A stretch of 55,665 nucleotides of DNA from an uncultured virus (IMG/VR IMGVR_UViG_3300037520_001345) (IMGVR_UViG_3300037520_001345), one strand, 5' to 3'; counted from the stretch's first letter, positions 31,102 through 40,485 are shown. Program-made: numbers and translations. Notes: generated from the sequence alone by a model not told the origin.

Positions 31102-31350
31102 ATGGCAACTTATAAAAAATGGACACAAACCGAACTTGATTTTATCGTTAATAACCAATTGGTACTTAATGATGACGGATTGTCCGTAAAATTGTCCGAA
31201 ATAACTGGCGAAAATATTAGCAGAAGCATGGTTCGTAGACAACGACGAAAGCTAAATATTAAGAAAAATAGAGGGCGTCCTCGTAAAGATGGAGGAGTAG
31301 CCAATGTAACAGCTCCGGAAATTTCAGAGCCTGTTGATAATAACTCATGA
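31102..31350 (+). CDS. Small DNA-binding protein (HTH-like plus AT-hook)
   Basis: KKWTQTELDFI...ISRSMVRRQRRKL and KKNRGRPRK; AGGAG RBS. Confidence 0.65.
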   Translation: MATYKKWTQTELDFIVNNQLVLNDDGLSVKLSEITGENISRSMVRRQRRKLNIKKNRGRPRKDGGVANVTAPEISEPVDNNS

Positions 31351-32264
31351 AAATTATTTTAACTGGTGGATCTGGATTTTTAGGGAAATTTGTTCATCAA
31401 GAATTATTACGCAGAGGTTACGGGGATATATTCGTTCCTAGATCAAAGCTTATTGATTTGACTAAATTTGATCAAGCTCAAGAAATGATAAGATATTATC
31501 GTCCTGATACTATTATTCATTTAGCAGCAGAGGTTGGAGGTATAGGGGCGAATATGGCCAACCCAGGTAGATTTTTCTATGCTAATATGAGCATGGGTTT
31601 AAATCTTATAGAAGCTTCTAGATTATACCATGTTAATAAATTTGTGCAGGTTGGGACGGTATGCTCTTATCCTAAGATATGTCCTGTTCCTTTTGTGGAA
31701 GAAGATATATGGAATGGATATCCAGAAGAAACTAATGCTCCTTATGGGGTGGCTAAAAAAGCATTATTTGTTATGTTGGAAGCATACCATAAACAATATA
31801 ACTTAAAAAGTTGTATTTTGGTGCCATCTAATTTATACGGGCCGGGTGATAATTTTAAACCAGAGAGTAGTCATGTTATCCCGGCCTTGATCAAAAAGTT
31901 TATTGATGCAAAAGAGGGTGCGCTATCTTTTGTAGATTGTTGGGGGGATGGATCAGCTACTAGAGAATTTTTGTATGTTAAGGATGCTGCACAAGCAGTT
32001 GTAGACGGAATGGAAAAGATCAATGAACCATCTCCTATTAATTTGGGGGGTGGTTCTGAAGTTTCTATTAAGGATCTGGCGACATCTATTAAAGATTTAG
32101 TGGGATACTCTGGAGCAATTGAATGGGACGAATCTAAACCTAATGGACAGCCTCGTAGGTTTCTTAATATATCAAAAGCTGCTAAGTTACTAGGATGGAA
32201 ACCAAAGGTATCTTTGACTGACGGATTAGCAGAAACTGTGAGATGGTACGTCAAGTCGAGATGA
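31347..32264 (+). CDS. fcl: GDP-L-fucose synthase (GDP-4-keto-6-deoxymannose epimerase/reductase)
   Basis: LTGGSGFLG, HLAAEVGGIGAN, GTVCSYPK, PYGVAKK, NLYGPGDNF, SHVIPALI, WGDGSATREFLY. Confidence 0.95.
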   Translation: MKIILTGGSGFLGKFVHQELLRRGYGDIFVPRSKLIDLTKFDQAQEMIRYYRPDTIIHLAAEVGGIGANMANPGRFFYANMSMGLNLIEASRLYHVNKFVQVGTVCSYPKICPVPFVEEDIWNGYPEETNAPYGVAKKALFVMLEAYHKQYNLKSCILVPSNLYGPGDNFKPESSHVIPALIKKFIDAKEGALSFVDCWGDGSATREFLYVKDAAQAVVDGMEKINEPSPINLGGGSEVSIKDLATSIKDLVGYSGAIEWDESKPNGQPRRFLNISKAAKLLGWKPKVSLTDGLAETVRWYVKSR

Positions 32265-32378
32265 GGGGAAACTGGCTATTAAACTGGCCAATATCTTATA
32301 GACCCGCCTACTATGTTTGCACCACCCGAGGGTTTTTGGGGAAATTCCGAAATGGGCAGCAAAAACGAAAAAACCCCC

Positions 32379-32456
32379 TAAGTTGTTGATACATAAACAC
32401 TTAGGTACTATTCTCTCTCCAAAATTTGACGTAAGTACTTATGGGATATAGAGTTA
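32379..32456. repeat. 78-bp paired-palindrome element, copy 1
   Basis: TAAG-N17-CTTA, 28-bp spacer, TAAG-N17-GTTA. Confidence 0.85.
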
Positions 32457-32600
32457 TGTCAATGATTTAGAAAAAATCAGAAAATTTTGTGTTTGGCATG
32501 AAATTATATTTGAAAAAATCCAAAGATTTCTCTTGAAAGCGTCGATAAATACTGTATAATGAAAGCACAAGAGAAAAAGAAAGAAGAAAAGGAAAAGAAA

Positions 32601-32831
32601 ATGGAAAACATGATTGTTCTGAACACTGTGGCTGAGTTGCACGACCTGATCAATAACACTGGAATGGATACCTTTGTGAATAGGGTAGCATTTGCTAGTG
32701 ATCTTCTGGAAAAGGTTCGTGAAAATGATAATGTGATCTCAATTGATGAAGAATTGGGATTCATGGATGATGGTGGTTGGATTGAGATTGACGAAATGGG
32801 TTATGTTGTGAAAGATTTTGCAATCTGCTAA
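32601..32831 (+). CDS. Acidic hypothetical early protein
   Basis: MENMIVLNTV... after sigma70-like promoter and purine-rich leader. Confidence 0.7.
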   Translation: MENMIVLNTVAELHDLINNTGMDTFVNRVAFASDLLEKVRENDNVISIDEELGFMDDGGWIEIDEMGYVVKDFAIC

Positions 32832-32891
32832 GGTATTGACAACGGAATAGCCGATACTGTATAATAGAACCAACACAAGAGGGAAAGAACA

Positions 32892-33041
32892 ATGACCATT
32901 CAAGTACAAAACACGATTCGTCGCCTAGTTGCTCGCCATGGATATTCGGCCACGTTTGTTCAGAATATGGGCGAAGGTATTTGTTTGTACAGTATTGGAG
33001 GGATCATGTATCGTATTCGTGGTGACGGAACGATTCTCTAA
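32892..33041 (+). CDS. Hypothetical early protein (49 aa)
   Basis: MTIQVQNTIRRLVARHG... after TTGACA...TATAAT promoter. Confidence 0.6.
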   Translation: MTIQVQNTIRRLVARHGYSATFVQNMGEGICLYSIGGIMYRIRGDGTIL

Positions 33042-33063
33042 GAACATTTGTATAGGCTGAACG

Positions 33064-33141
33064 TAAGCTGTTGGTAGATAAGCACTTACGACAACGTCGG
33101 CCTCCCAAATTCGACATAACTACTTACCCTGTATAGACTTA
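33064..33141. repeat. 78-bp element, copy 2
   Basis: TAAG-N17-CTTA / TAAC-N17-CTTA, starts 53 bp apart. Confidence 0.9.
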
Positions 33142-33176
33142 GAGAAACCTTACGAAATTGCAAGGAAAGTTTTTCA

Positions 33177-33205
33177 TTGACATCTAAAGATTCTCATGGT
33201 ATAAT
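33177..33205 (+). promoter_or_regulatory. Consensus sigma70 early promoter (representative of about 25 in 32.5-53 kb)
   Basis: TTGACA-N17-TATAAT; similar promoters at 32837, 35016, 37973, 38409, 39295, 39927, 40812, 42216, 43484, 44238, 46716, 48227. Confidence 0.85.
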
Positions 33206-33251
33206 GTCGATATAAGAAGTAAGAGAAAAAGAAAGAAAGAGAAAAAGAAAA

Positions 33252-33476
33252 ATGGAAAAAACCACTAACATCAACAGTTTCATCAACACCCTTCCCAAGA
33301 TTGTTCAGAAGAAGGTTTGGAAAGTAACCGACCAAGATGGTACGGTTGTTCAGTATGTTGGTGCTACCGATAATCGGAAAAGTTCTGCACAAGCGTACAT
33401 TGACCAAAAGTATGTTGGTCAAAAGCTTACCCTGACGTTTTCGCACTTCAAAGGATTGATGACCCTCCCCCGATAA
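33252..33476 (+). CDS. Hypothetical early protein; paralog of 35078..35281
   Basis: MEKTTNINSFINTLPKI vs MEKTTHINSFISSLPKI. Confidence 0.8.
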   Translation: MEKTTNINSFINTLPKIVQKKVWKVTDQDGTVVQYVGATDNRKSSAQAYIDQKYVGQKLTLTFSHFKGLMTLPR

Positions 33477-33536
33477 GAGGGGTTGACGGGGCGACAAAGT
33501 TTGATAGAATTCTGGAAAGAGAAAGAGAGAAAGAAA

Positions 33537-33734
33537 ATGAATTTTGGATACGAAACTTGGCATACGATGAAGTTTGGCAATACCACTGCAACCTTCAAGG
33601 TTTATCCTAGTGGTTCCTTTGTGATTCAAACCATCCTGCGTGATGGAAAGAATGTTACCGATAGCCTTTTGGCTAATCGTAGTGTCTCTGGATTGATTCG
33701 GTTCAATGTCGCCAATAATCTTATCAAGTATTGA
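33537..33734 (+). CDS. Hypothetical early protein
   Basis: MNFGYETW... after promoter and purine-rich leader. Confidence 0.65.
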   Translation: MNFGYETWHTMKFGNTTATFKVYPSGSFVIQTILRDGKNVTDSLLANRSVSGLIRFNVANNLIKY

Positions 33735-34017
33735 AAGAATTCTAATGATTACAGCTATCGAATATTTTCAGCTGTTTGCCTTGATTGCTTTTGCCGGTTT
33801 CATTTCGTATACTGTTCACGAAGTGGGTAACGCTGTTCAATCCATCCTGCATGAGAACGACTAATGAAAAAGTGGATTTGTTATAATGTGTTGGGAGAGA
33901 ATCCAGAGACTATAGATACTTTTGGAATAGTTTCTGGATTGGGTATCTTGGCTTTGCTGTTTGGTAGTTGGGCTTTCCTGTTTGTTTTTCTTCCTCTATA
34001 TGTTTGGATAATGTAGT

Positions 34018-34335
34018 ATGACACACTATGAAGCAGTAAAGATGGTTCGTGGTAAGACTAATAAGGATACTCGTAAGGTAGGTAATAATACCTATGCGGA
34101 AATTCTTCCTGATGGTAGCGTAGGGATCATGCTGCATAGTACCTATGTGGTAAAGATTCATCCTGACAATAGTGCTACCCTCAATACTGGTGGATGGTAT
34201 AGTGCCACCACTAAGGATAGAATCAATCAGTATTCACCCGTGCGAGTGTATCAACGCAAGGGACAGTGGTATCTGGACAGTGGCCTAGAGTATGAAGATG
34301 GTATGGTTGTGGCCGATATGAATCTTATCTACTAA
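34018..34335 (+). CDS. Hypothetical phage protein
   Basis: 105 aa; LNTGGWYSATTKDRIN motif. Confidence 0.75.
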   Translation: MTHYEAVKMVRGKTNKDTRKVGNNTYAEILPDGSVGIMLHSTYVVKIHPDNSATLNTGGWYSATTKDRINQYSPVRVYQRKGQWYLDSGLEYEDGMVVADMNLIY

Positions 34336-34348
34336 AAAAGGGAAACAA

Positions 34349-34537
34349 ATGTTCACTGCAGAAAATACTCCACGATATGGACAAACCGTGATGCACGGCT
34401 CTAGGGTTGTTACTGTACGTTCGTTCATGGGCGTACTTGCCGATGCTGTGTATGGTACAGAAAATGCGTGGGCATCTGTACAGGATGAGGATGGTAAGGT
34501 ATACAACTGTTCACTATATGAGCTGAGTCCGACGTAA
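34349..34537 (+). CDS. Hypothetical protein
   Basis: Stop codon TAA is the first 3 nt of repeat copy 3. Confidence 0.65.
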   Translation: MFTAENTPRYGQTVMHGSRVVTVRSFMGVLADAVYGTENAWASVQDEDGKVYNCSLYELSPT

Positions 34538-34612
34538 ACCCTTAGCTCGTAACGACTTACGACGAGCGGGGCGTCGAAAATTTGACGTAAGTGCCTATAG
34601 AATAACGACTTA
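34535..34612. repeat. 78-bp element, copy 3
   Basis: TAAA-N17-CTTA / TAAG-N17-CTTA. Confidence 0.9.
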
Positions 34613-34810
34613 CGACAAATGTCTTGTGCTGATTACTTTCTAGGCACACCATATGTAGCGTAACGCAAAATGCTACACTTATCAATATCTCGGCCAAAAA
34701 TGCTAACGCAAAATGCAAATCACTGTTGCAAAATGCTACGCTTAAAAACTAGGCACAGAAAGTAGCATAGTGTTTTGCCCGAGAAAAACGCAAGAAAAAT
34801 ATTTTTGGCT

Positions 34811-34827
34811 TTGGCACGAAAGCTGCA
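34811..34827 (+). promoter_or_regulatory. sigma54-like (-24/-12) promoter
   Basis: TTGGCACGAAAGCTGCA with GG-N10-GC spacing, 27 nt before ATG 34854. Confidence 0.55.
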
Positions 34828-34853
34828 TCTTATATAGGTATAAGAAAGAGAGA

Positions 34854-34988
34854 ATGAAAATGAAAACGATTCAGATTACCAACAACACTAGTGCAATGGT
34901 TAGAAATGGAAAGGTTATCTATCTTATCCAGAATGGGAAGATTACCCAAGATCCTCTCAAGGTTCGATACTTCCAGAGAATGATCTAA
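34854..34988 (+). CDS. Small basic hypothetical protein
   Basis: MKMKTIQITNN... after purine-rich leader. Confidence 0.55.
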   Translation: MKMKTIQITNNTSAMVRNGKVIYLIQNGKITQDPLKVRYFQRMI

Positions 34989-35077
34989 CCTTACGACATT
35001 GCAAGGTTCAAGGTATTGACAAACAATAACCGATACTGTATAATAGAGAAAAGAAAGAAAGAAAGAAAGAGAAAAAA

Positions 35078-35281
35078 ATGGAAAAGACTACTCACATCAA
35101 TAGCTTCATCAGTTCACTCCCTAAGATTCGTAAGCGTAAGATTTGGAGTGTGATGATTGATGGAAAGATTGTTCAAGGTGTTAGTGCTTCGGACAACAAG
35201 AAAGAGACTGCTGAAAAGCATATCTCTGCAAAGTATCCTGGTCAAGTGTTCACTCTCAAGTTTGTTGAGTGGAGAATCTGA
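35078..35281 (+). CDS. Hypothetical early protein; paralog of 33252..33476
   Basis: Clear similarity over full length. Confidence 0.8.
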   Translation: MEKTTHINSFISSLPKIRKRKIWSVMIDGKIVQGVSASDNKKETAEKHISAKYPGQVFTLKFVEWRI

Positions 35282-35369
35282 ACCTTCCGACATTGTAAGG
35301 TTGACAGAACAAAATAGGTTTGGTATAATGCACACACAAGAGAACGATAGACAAAGAGAGAAAAAGACA

Positions 35370-35753
35370 ATGAAAACCAAGTATCCCATCATCGAAAATG
35401 CCAAGCGTCAAGCCCGTATGATCTTCAAGGGTATCGCTATTCCGATGCTAGTAGAGATTCCCGATGATCGGATCACTGAAGATACCGATTACGTCTATGG
35501 CGTGACCGACCAGAAGCGTTACGTTGTGAGCGAAAAGGTTCTCAAGTTCAATCGTACCTCATTGAAGAATATCGGAAAGATTCGTAAAGAAAAGGCCGAT
35601 CCTCGCTATGTTGGTGGTGAGGATACTATGATCATTTCGGTTGGTAAGCCGGGAAGCCGTGAGCGTGTTGACGCTCTGCGTTCACAGTACGAGGCTATCG
35701 CAGCTTATGGAGAAGAAATCAGTCCTTTCAGCTTCAAGGGAGAAGATGAATGA
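35370..35753 (+). CDS. Hypothetical early protein
   Basis: MKTKYPIIENAK... after promoter at 35301. Confidence 0.75.
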   Translation: MKTKYPIIENAKRQARMIFKGIAIPMLVEIPDDRITEDTDYVYGVTDQKRYVVSEKVLKFNRTSLKNIGKIRKEKADPRYVGGEDTMIISVGKPGSRERVDALRSQYEAIAAYGEEISPFSFKGEDE

Positions 35754-35895
35754 TGAACGATTGTACACTAGTATATGACGTTACACTAGAGACTGAACGA
35801 TGGGTAAATAGCAGATATGTACAGCTGTACCCTAGGCTATACCTACCCGTTTGGGTGGATGGTGAACGAATATACAGAAAACGAAAGATTTGATG

Positions 35896-35973
35896 TAACC
35901 CGTTGCTACATAAGCACTTAGAGCAAAGACGGCTCGCCAAACTTGACGTAAGTGGTTTCTGCCTATAGAGTTA
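35896..35973. repeat. 78-bp element, copy 4
   Basis: TAAC-N17-CTTA / TAAG-N17-GTTA. Confidence 0.9.
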
Positions 35974-36122
35974 CAGCTAATCTGATCGGGTCGCAAACGC
36001 TATGCCAAATCTCTCTCTCAAACCTTACGACTTTGTAAGGAAATTTTTCCTGGTCTAGGCTATTGACATTGGACGATAATTATGGTATAATGATAGAACA
36101 AGAAAGAAAAGGAAAGAAGAAA

Positions 36123-36341
36123 ATGAGAAAGCCTCCAAAAAGTTCGACCGTCAAGGGTAAAATCAACGCCTATGCCTACAAGTGTGGGTTCACGTTTCAT
36201 CCTCAAGAAGATGGATCGTTTGCTCTGTTCGACATCCACATGGGATATTACGTTTGTCGTGGTTCACATGATCGTGTTGTCCAGTTTGTGATGGATGAAC
36301 TGTGGGCAATGTATTATCGGTCGAATCCCACCCCCGTATAA
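36123..36341 (+). CDS. Hypothetical early protein
   Basis: MRKPPKSSTVKG... after TTGACA-N17-TATAAT. Confidence 0.7.
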   Translation: MRKPPKSSTVKGKINAYAYKCGFTFHPQEDGSFALFDIHMGYYVCRGSHDRVVQFVMDELWAMYYRSNPTPV

Positions 36342-36589
36342 GAGGGGTTGGCGGCGACGGAAAAGTTTGGTATAATAGTAAGACAAGAAAGAGAGAATGA
36401 AGATGAAACAATTTCCTACTAGAGTTTTGCAAGATAACCTGTGGCTAGAGCAAGTCCGGCTCGCTAGGGATACTGATCCCGAAATGATCGAACTGAGGAA
36501 ACAGCATATTTCCTATCTTGCAACAGAATTGTTGCGTCGGTATCGTGAAGAATCTCTGTTGCTCGCTACTAAGTAAAGAGGAAAGAAAA

Positions 36590-36784
36590 ATGTTTGAAAT
36601 TGGTGACTATGTATCGTTCATGTGGGGAAAAGAGAAAAAGGTTGGTAAAATCGTAGGACATGAATACGATGAGGGTAATGTATGGGAAGTGACAGTTACC
36701 AGTGGACTTCACGCATATTTTTCGGATGATGAATTAACGTCTGCTGTCGATGCTTACGGCCATGTTTGGAAAGAGGTTTTATGA
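36590..36784 (+). CDS. Small SH3/KOW-like hypothetical protein
   Basis: MFEIGDYV...GKIV...WEV...FSDDEL pattern. Confidence 0.6.
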   Translation: MFEIGDYVSFMWGKEKKVGKIVGHEYDEGNVWEVTVTSGLHAYFSDDELTSAVDAYGHVWKEVL

Positions 36785-37150
36785 GCGATTTTATTTTGGT
36801 ATGGGTCTGGATGGGGGTAATGCTTTTTATTCTGGCCTTGGTCTATTTTCTCTCTATTGTGGGAGAAGTTTGGCAAAGGATAAATGAATATGAGGCTATG
36901 AGGAGTCGGGGATATACTCTTATGCAGAATGAAGAAGATGATGATTTTTGGGTTGGGTACGGAGATTGACCAAATAACAATGGAGATGCAAGGATGTATC
37001 AATTGGATTTCGTTAGTGTCGCTTTCGGTTATATTTGTGGTATTGTACTGTACGCTAGTATGTCAAATATCATGTATATGGAGGAAAATGATGAGAGCGA
37101 GTGACTACATATTGTGGGGGGTGTGTTTTGTTATCGGCTGTGCTATGACG

Positions 37151-37228
37151 TATCTCCTTCATCTGTAAGGACTTACGTCGAGTCCGGCCCGCCCCGCGAA
37201 GCGTAAGTGCTTATGCTCCAACACTTTA
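37151..37228. repeat. 78-bp element, copy 5
   Basis: TATC-N17-CTTA / TAAG-N17-TTTA. Confidence 0.9.
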
Positions 37229-37339
37229 CGACAACCTTACGAAATTGCAAGGAAAAACTTTTATGGTAGGGCTTGCAATGGGTCGATAATAAGTGTAGAA
37301 TCAAAGCATCACGAACGGAAACCCAAACGGAGTAGAATC

Positions 37340-37507
37340 ATGCTGAACGATTTTGACGCTGTGAATCGGATTCTTGCTGAGATGGCCGAACTGAACATCG
37401 TGGAGCCGATTGACGATCCTAGTATCCAGACCGATTTTTACGATTATGCTGAGGTAGTCGGAATTGATATTGACGATTTCGTTCCCCCGGAGTATGATCA
37501 TGCTTAG
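37340..37507 (+). CDS. Acidic peptide (55 aa)
   Basis: MLNDFDAVNRILAEMAELNIVEPIDD...; GGAG RBS. Confidence 0.6.
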   Translation: MLNDFDAVNRILAEMAELNIVEPIDDPSIQTDFYDYAEVVGIDIDDFVPPEYDHA

Positions 37508-37567
37508 TGCGATTGCGTTTGTTGTCGGATACGTTGGCCTGTTTTATATTACCACCATCGTGAGGGA

Positions 37568-37849
37568 TTGACCATGAGCTACGAGTATGACGATCTTGAA
37601 GATTTTTATGGTATCGATGCTGATGATCGTACTAATGACTACTGGGCTGGAGATGATGACCTGGAGAATGATTCTGATGATTCGTTTGATGATAGTATGG
37701 ATGGTGATGCTGAGTCTGCGTTGGCTTCCGCTGGATGGGGAACCGACGAAGATTACGGTTACTATGGTGACGATGGAATAGAAGATTTCCACGCCGATGA
37801 GGCTGTGGGTTTTGTGGATTACAATGAAGATGGTCCGTATGACGATTGA
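37568..37849 (+). CDS. Extremely acidic Asp/Tyr/Gly-rich protein
   Basis: Roughly 40% Asp/Glu, one Arg, no Lys. Confidence 0.7.
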   Translation: MTMSYEYDDLEDFYGIDADDRTNDYWAGDDDLENDSDDSFDDSMDGDAESALASAGWGTDEDYGYYGDDGIEDFHADEAVGFVDYNEDGPYDD

Positions 37850-37859
37850 GCACTCGCCC

Positions 37860-37937
37860 TAAACCCTTTGTGCGTAAGCACTTAGGGCTGGCGGGGCGGC
37901 ACGAATTTGATCTAAGTCCTTATGCTACAATACTTTA
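37860..37937. repeat. 78-bp element, copy 6
   Basis: TAAA-N17-CTTA / TAAG-N17-TTTA. Confidence 0.9.
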
Positions 37938-38604
37938 CGTCAACCTTACGAAATTGTAAGAAAACTTCCTGCTTGACATCTAAAGTTTCTATGCTATACT
38001 TGTCGATATAAGAGATAGAGAAAGAGAGCGAATGATGAAAAGTGAAGAAGAAAAGCGTATCGAAGAGTATAACCGATTCATGGATGAATGGGAAAAGCGT
38101 CCTAAGAATCGTGATCTGTATGGCAATAATTGCTATCGCCCCGATGAGGTGGCGTTAACTGATGAAGAGTATGAGATGTTTGGCTAGGAGTATAAAAATG
38201 AGAAAGCTAACTCAGAGAGAAGTTGACGATCTAGAATTTGATGCTGGACTTATGGGTTTTCGAGTGGTCTACATTCCGAAACCTCTCGACTGGAATCATT
38301 TCGTTCTGTATTATCTTCAACCAGAATTGACCTATGTTGGTCACTATCGTGGTTTGAATGAAGTCAAAATGGGTATGCAAAAACACTACAGACCAGTAGA
38401 AACTAGGCTTGACAGCTAAGATTTTTGTGATAGAATGTCGATATAAGAAGAAGAGAAAAAGAGAATGAAAACGAAAAAGAAAGTATTGACAGCACACCAG
38501 AAAGCAGTTATGCTTATGGATCGTGAGACGAATCGTGCAGTGAATCGTGTGAAGATGTTGGAACAGTTGTATCTTGAAACCATGAAAGCAAAGGAACTTG
38601 TTAA

Positions 38605-38835
38605 ATGAAGTGCGTTGTTACCCATACGGATACTTTTGGTGGCGAAGCTAACTATGGTTGGGTGAATCGATATGAGTTCATCCCAAAAAAGAATGCTTCT
38701 CAGCGTAGCGTTGTTCGTAAGGCTAAGGCTCTTGCTGGTATGACAGCTGTCAAGGCTGACACTCATGATTATGGTGATGGCTATACTGTGAAGCCTCGCG
38801 GATATTCTCAAATCATCTTTGTTGATTTTGAGTAA
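38605..38835 (+). CDS. Hypothetical phage protein
   Basis: TDTFGGEANYGWVNR motif; 76 aa. Confidence 0.75.
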   Translation: MKCVVTHTDTFGGEANYGWVNRYEFIPKKNASQRSVVRKAKALAGMTAVKADTHDYGDGYTVKPRGYSQIIFVDFE

Positions 38836-38857
38836 ACATTCTCCTATCCTCTCGTCG

Positions 38858-38935
38858 TAAACCCTTTGTGTTCAAGCACTTAGGGCCGACGGGGCGGGCC
38901 GGGTTTGTTGTAAGTCCTTATCTGCCAACACTTTA
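38858..38935. repeat. 78-bp element, copy 7
   Basis: TAAA-N17-CTTA / TAAG-N17-TTTA. Confidence 0.9.
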
Positions 38936-39033
38936 CGAGAATCCTTACAATCTCGTAAGATTCAAGTTTACCCCTTGCAATAGACGATAATAGATAGTAG
39001 AATACGATATAGAAGAAAGGCAAGGGTAAAGAC

Positions 39034-39297
39034 ATGAGTCCCGATGGAACATATAACGGTTATGCGAACTACCAAACATGGAATGTTTGCTTGTGGATTA
39101 GCAATGATGAAATGTTGAATGGTCTGGCTGATCAGTGCATCTCTTACGATCATTTCAAGCTTTTGCTTCGTGATGTTTTTGAGACTCATCCTGTGCGATA
39201 TGAAACGCCCGATGGAGTCTCTTGGAATGATAGCGGTATCAACCTTGCGGAAATGAAAGAGTATTGGGAAGAAAATTTTTCTAAAGTTCCCGCTTGA
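39034..39297 (+). CDS. Hypothetical phage protein (YNGxxNYxTWNVxLW type)
   Basis: Motif YNGYANYQTWNVCLWISNDE. Confidence 0.75.
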   Translation: MSPDGTYNGYANYQTWNVCLWISNDEMLNGLADQCISYDHFKLLLRDVFETHPVRYETPDGVSWNDSGINLAEMKEYWEENFSKVPA

Positions 39298-39367
39298 CAA
39301 ATGACGATAATTAGTGTAGACTTGGCGTATGAATGGTGTGATTGGTTTTCTAACTGAAAGGGTTCTT

Positions 39368-39781
39368 ATGAACGATGTAGTTTTGTTTGGTTCGATTCTT
39401 GCGGCTGTTGCCGCTGCTGTTGTGGGTTTCGTCTTCTATTCGGTCTACGGTGGATCGAAGGCTAGCTTGGCGAATGCTCAAGAGGGTCAGGTTTTCAATT
39501 TTGAATATGAACAGCCTTTGCATGGGGAACCGAAGCGTTTCCTTGCTAAGGTGATTGAGCCTGTCTATACTCTGAGCGATTCATCTATCAAGGCTTTGAA
39601 TCGCCGTAGTCGATATCGTAAGAATGACCCTGTGTTTCAGCGTACTAACCATCTGGTGACTTGCCAGACTCCTGACGGTAAGATTCGACAGTTCTATGCT
39701 GAGAGAGTGAAGAATTGCCGAAAGCCGTTGCTTGCTGGTGCTCTGTTCAAGAGCGGTGTGTCCAACCTGTTTGTGTTCTAA
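39368..39781 (+). CDS. Membrane-anchored protein with SH3/WYL-like C-domain
   Basis: N-terminal hydrophobic helix; FEYEQP...R...DGKIRQFYAERV. Confidence 0.55.
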   Translation: MNDVVLFGSILAAVAAAVVGFVFYSVYGGSKASLANAQEGQVFNFEYEQPLHGEPKRFLAKVIEPVYTLSDSSIKALNRRSRYRKNDPVFQRTNHLVTCQTPDGKIRQFYAERVKNCRKPLLAGALFKSGVSNLFVF

Positions 39782-39817
39782 AAATAGGCAGTCTCTGCCT
39801 ACTAACTGACCAACCCC

Positions 39818-39895
39818 TAAGTTGTTGCTACGGCAGCACTTAGGGCGAGGTCGGCCCGCCACGCGAGTCGTAAGTCTTTATCCCCCAACACTTTA
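39818..39895. repeat. 78-bp element, copy 8
   Basis: TAAG-N17-CTTA / TAAG-N17-TTTA. Confidence 0.9.
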
Positions 39896-39979
39896 CGACA
39901 ATCTTTTTTTGCTCAAGTTTTTCCTCTTGACAGGCCGATAATAGTAGTGTAGAATACAGAGAATCAAAAGGAGAAAAAG

Positions 39980-40243
39980 ATGCTGTTTACGCCATATGCT
40001 TTGACTGATTCTGTGACTCGTACTGTGAGTGATGAAAACATGGTTACTTTTAGTGGACTTTCCACTGGTGGTCGTGAGTTTTCCATAGTCACGCATCTTG
40101 ATGATGCCAATCGTTGGATCAATGGAGAGTTGATTCAAGTTGCTTTCCCATATCTCAATGCTGATCAGCGTGAGGTTTTGAAGACAGGAATCGATAGTCA
40201 GAGTTGGGAAGAAATGTTTGCTGGATCGGAGGATGAAGAATGA
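39980..40243 (+). CDS. Hypothetical phage protein
   Basis: GELIQVAFPYLNADQREVLKTGI motif; AGGAG RBS. Confidence 0.75.
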   Translation: MLFTPYALTDSVTRTVSDENMVTFSGLSTGGREFSIVTHLDDANRWINGELIQVAFPYLNADQREVLKTGIDSQSWEEMFAGSEDEE

Positions 40244-40378
40244 GTACCGATACCTATATAGTAATGAAGGGTAATAAGGTGGTAGGCTATGTTCAAGCGT
40301 ACAGTACCTATCATGCTTTGTGTCAGGCTGAGAAACTTTATGGGAAGAATTTGCTGATCGAGCGAATCTCTCATAGTT

Positions 40379-40424
40379 GTCCCACCTAACCCTAGCGGGT
40401 CGGGCTGAGTGGGTATAGTCAGCC
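40379..40424. repeat. 46-bp repeat family, copy 1 (others 46937-46982, 49565-49610, 51787-51832, 52059-52104)
   Basis: GTCYCACCTAA-N27-AGTCAGCC, constant length. Confidence 0.75.
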
Positions 40425-40485
40425 AATAGTCGGGGCTTGACAAAGAGTCTTTAATAGAGTATATTGAGCAGAAAAGGGGAGTTTT

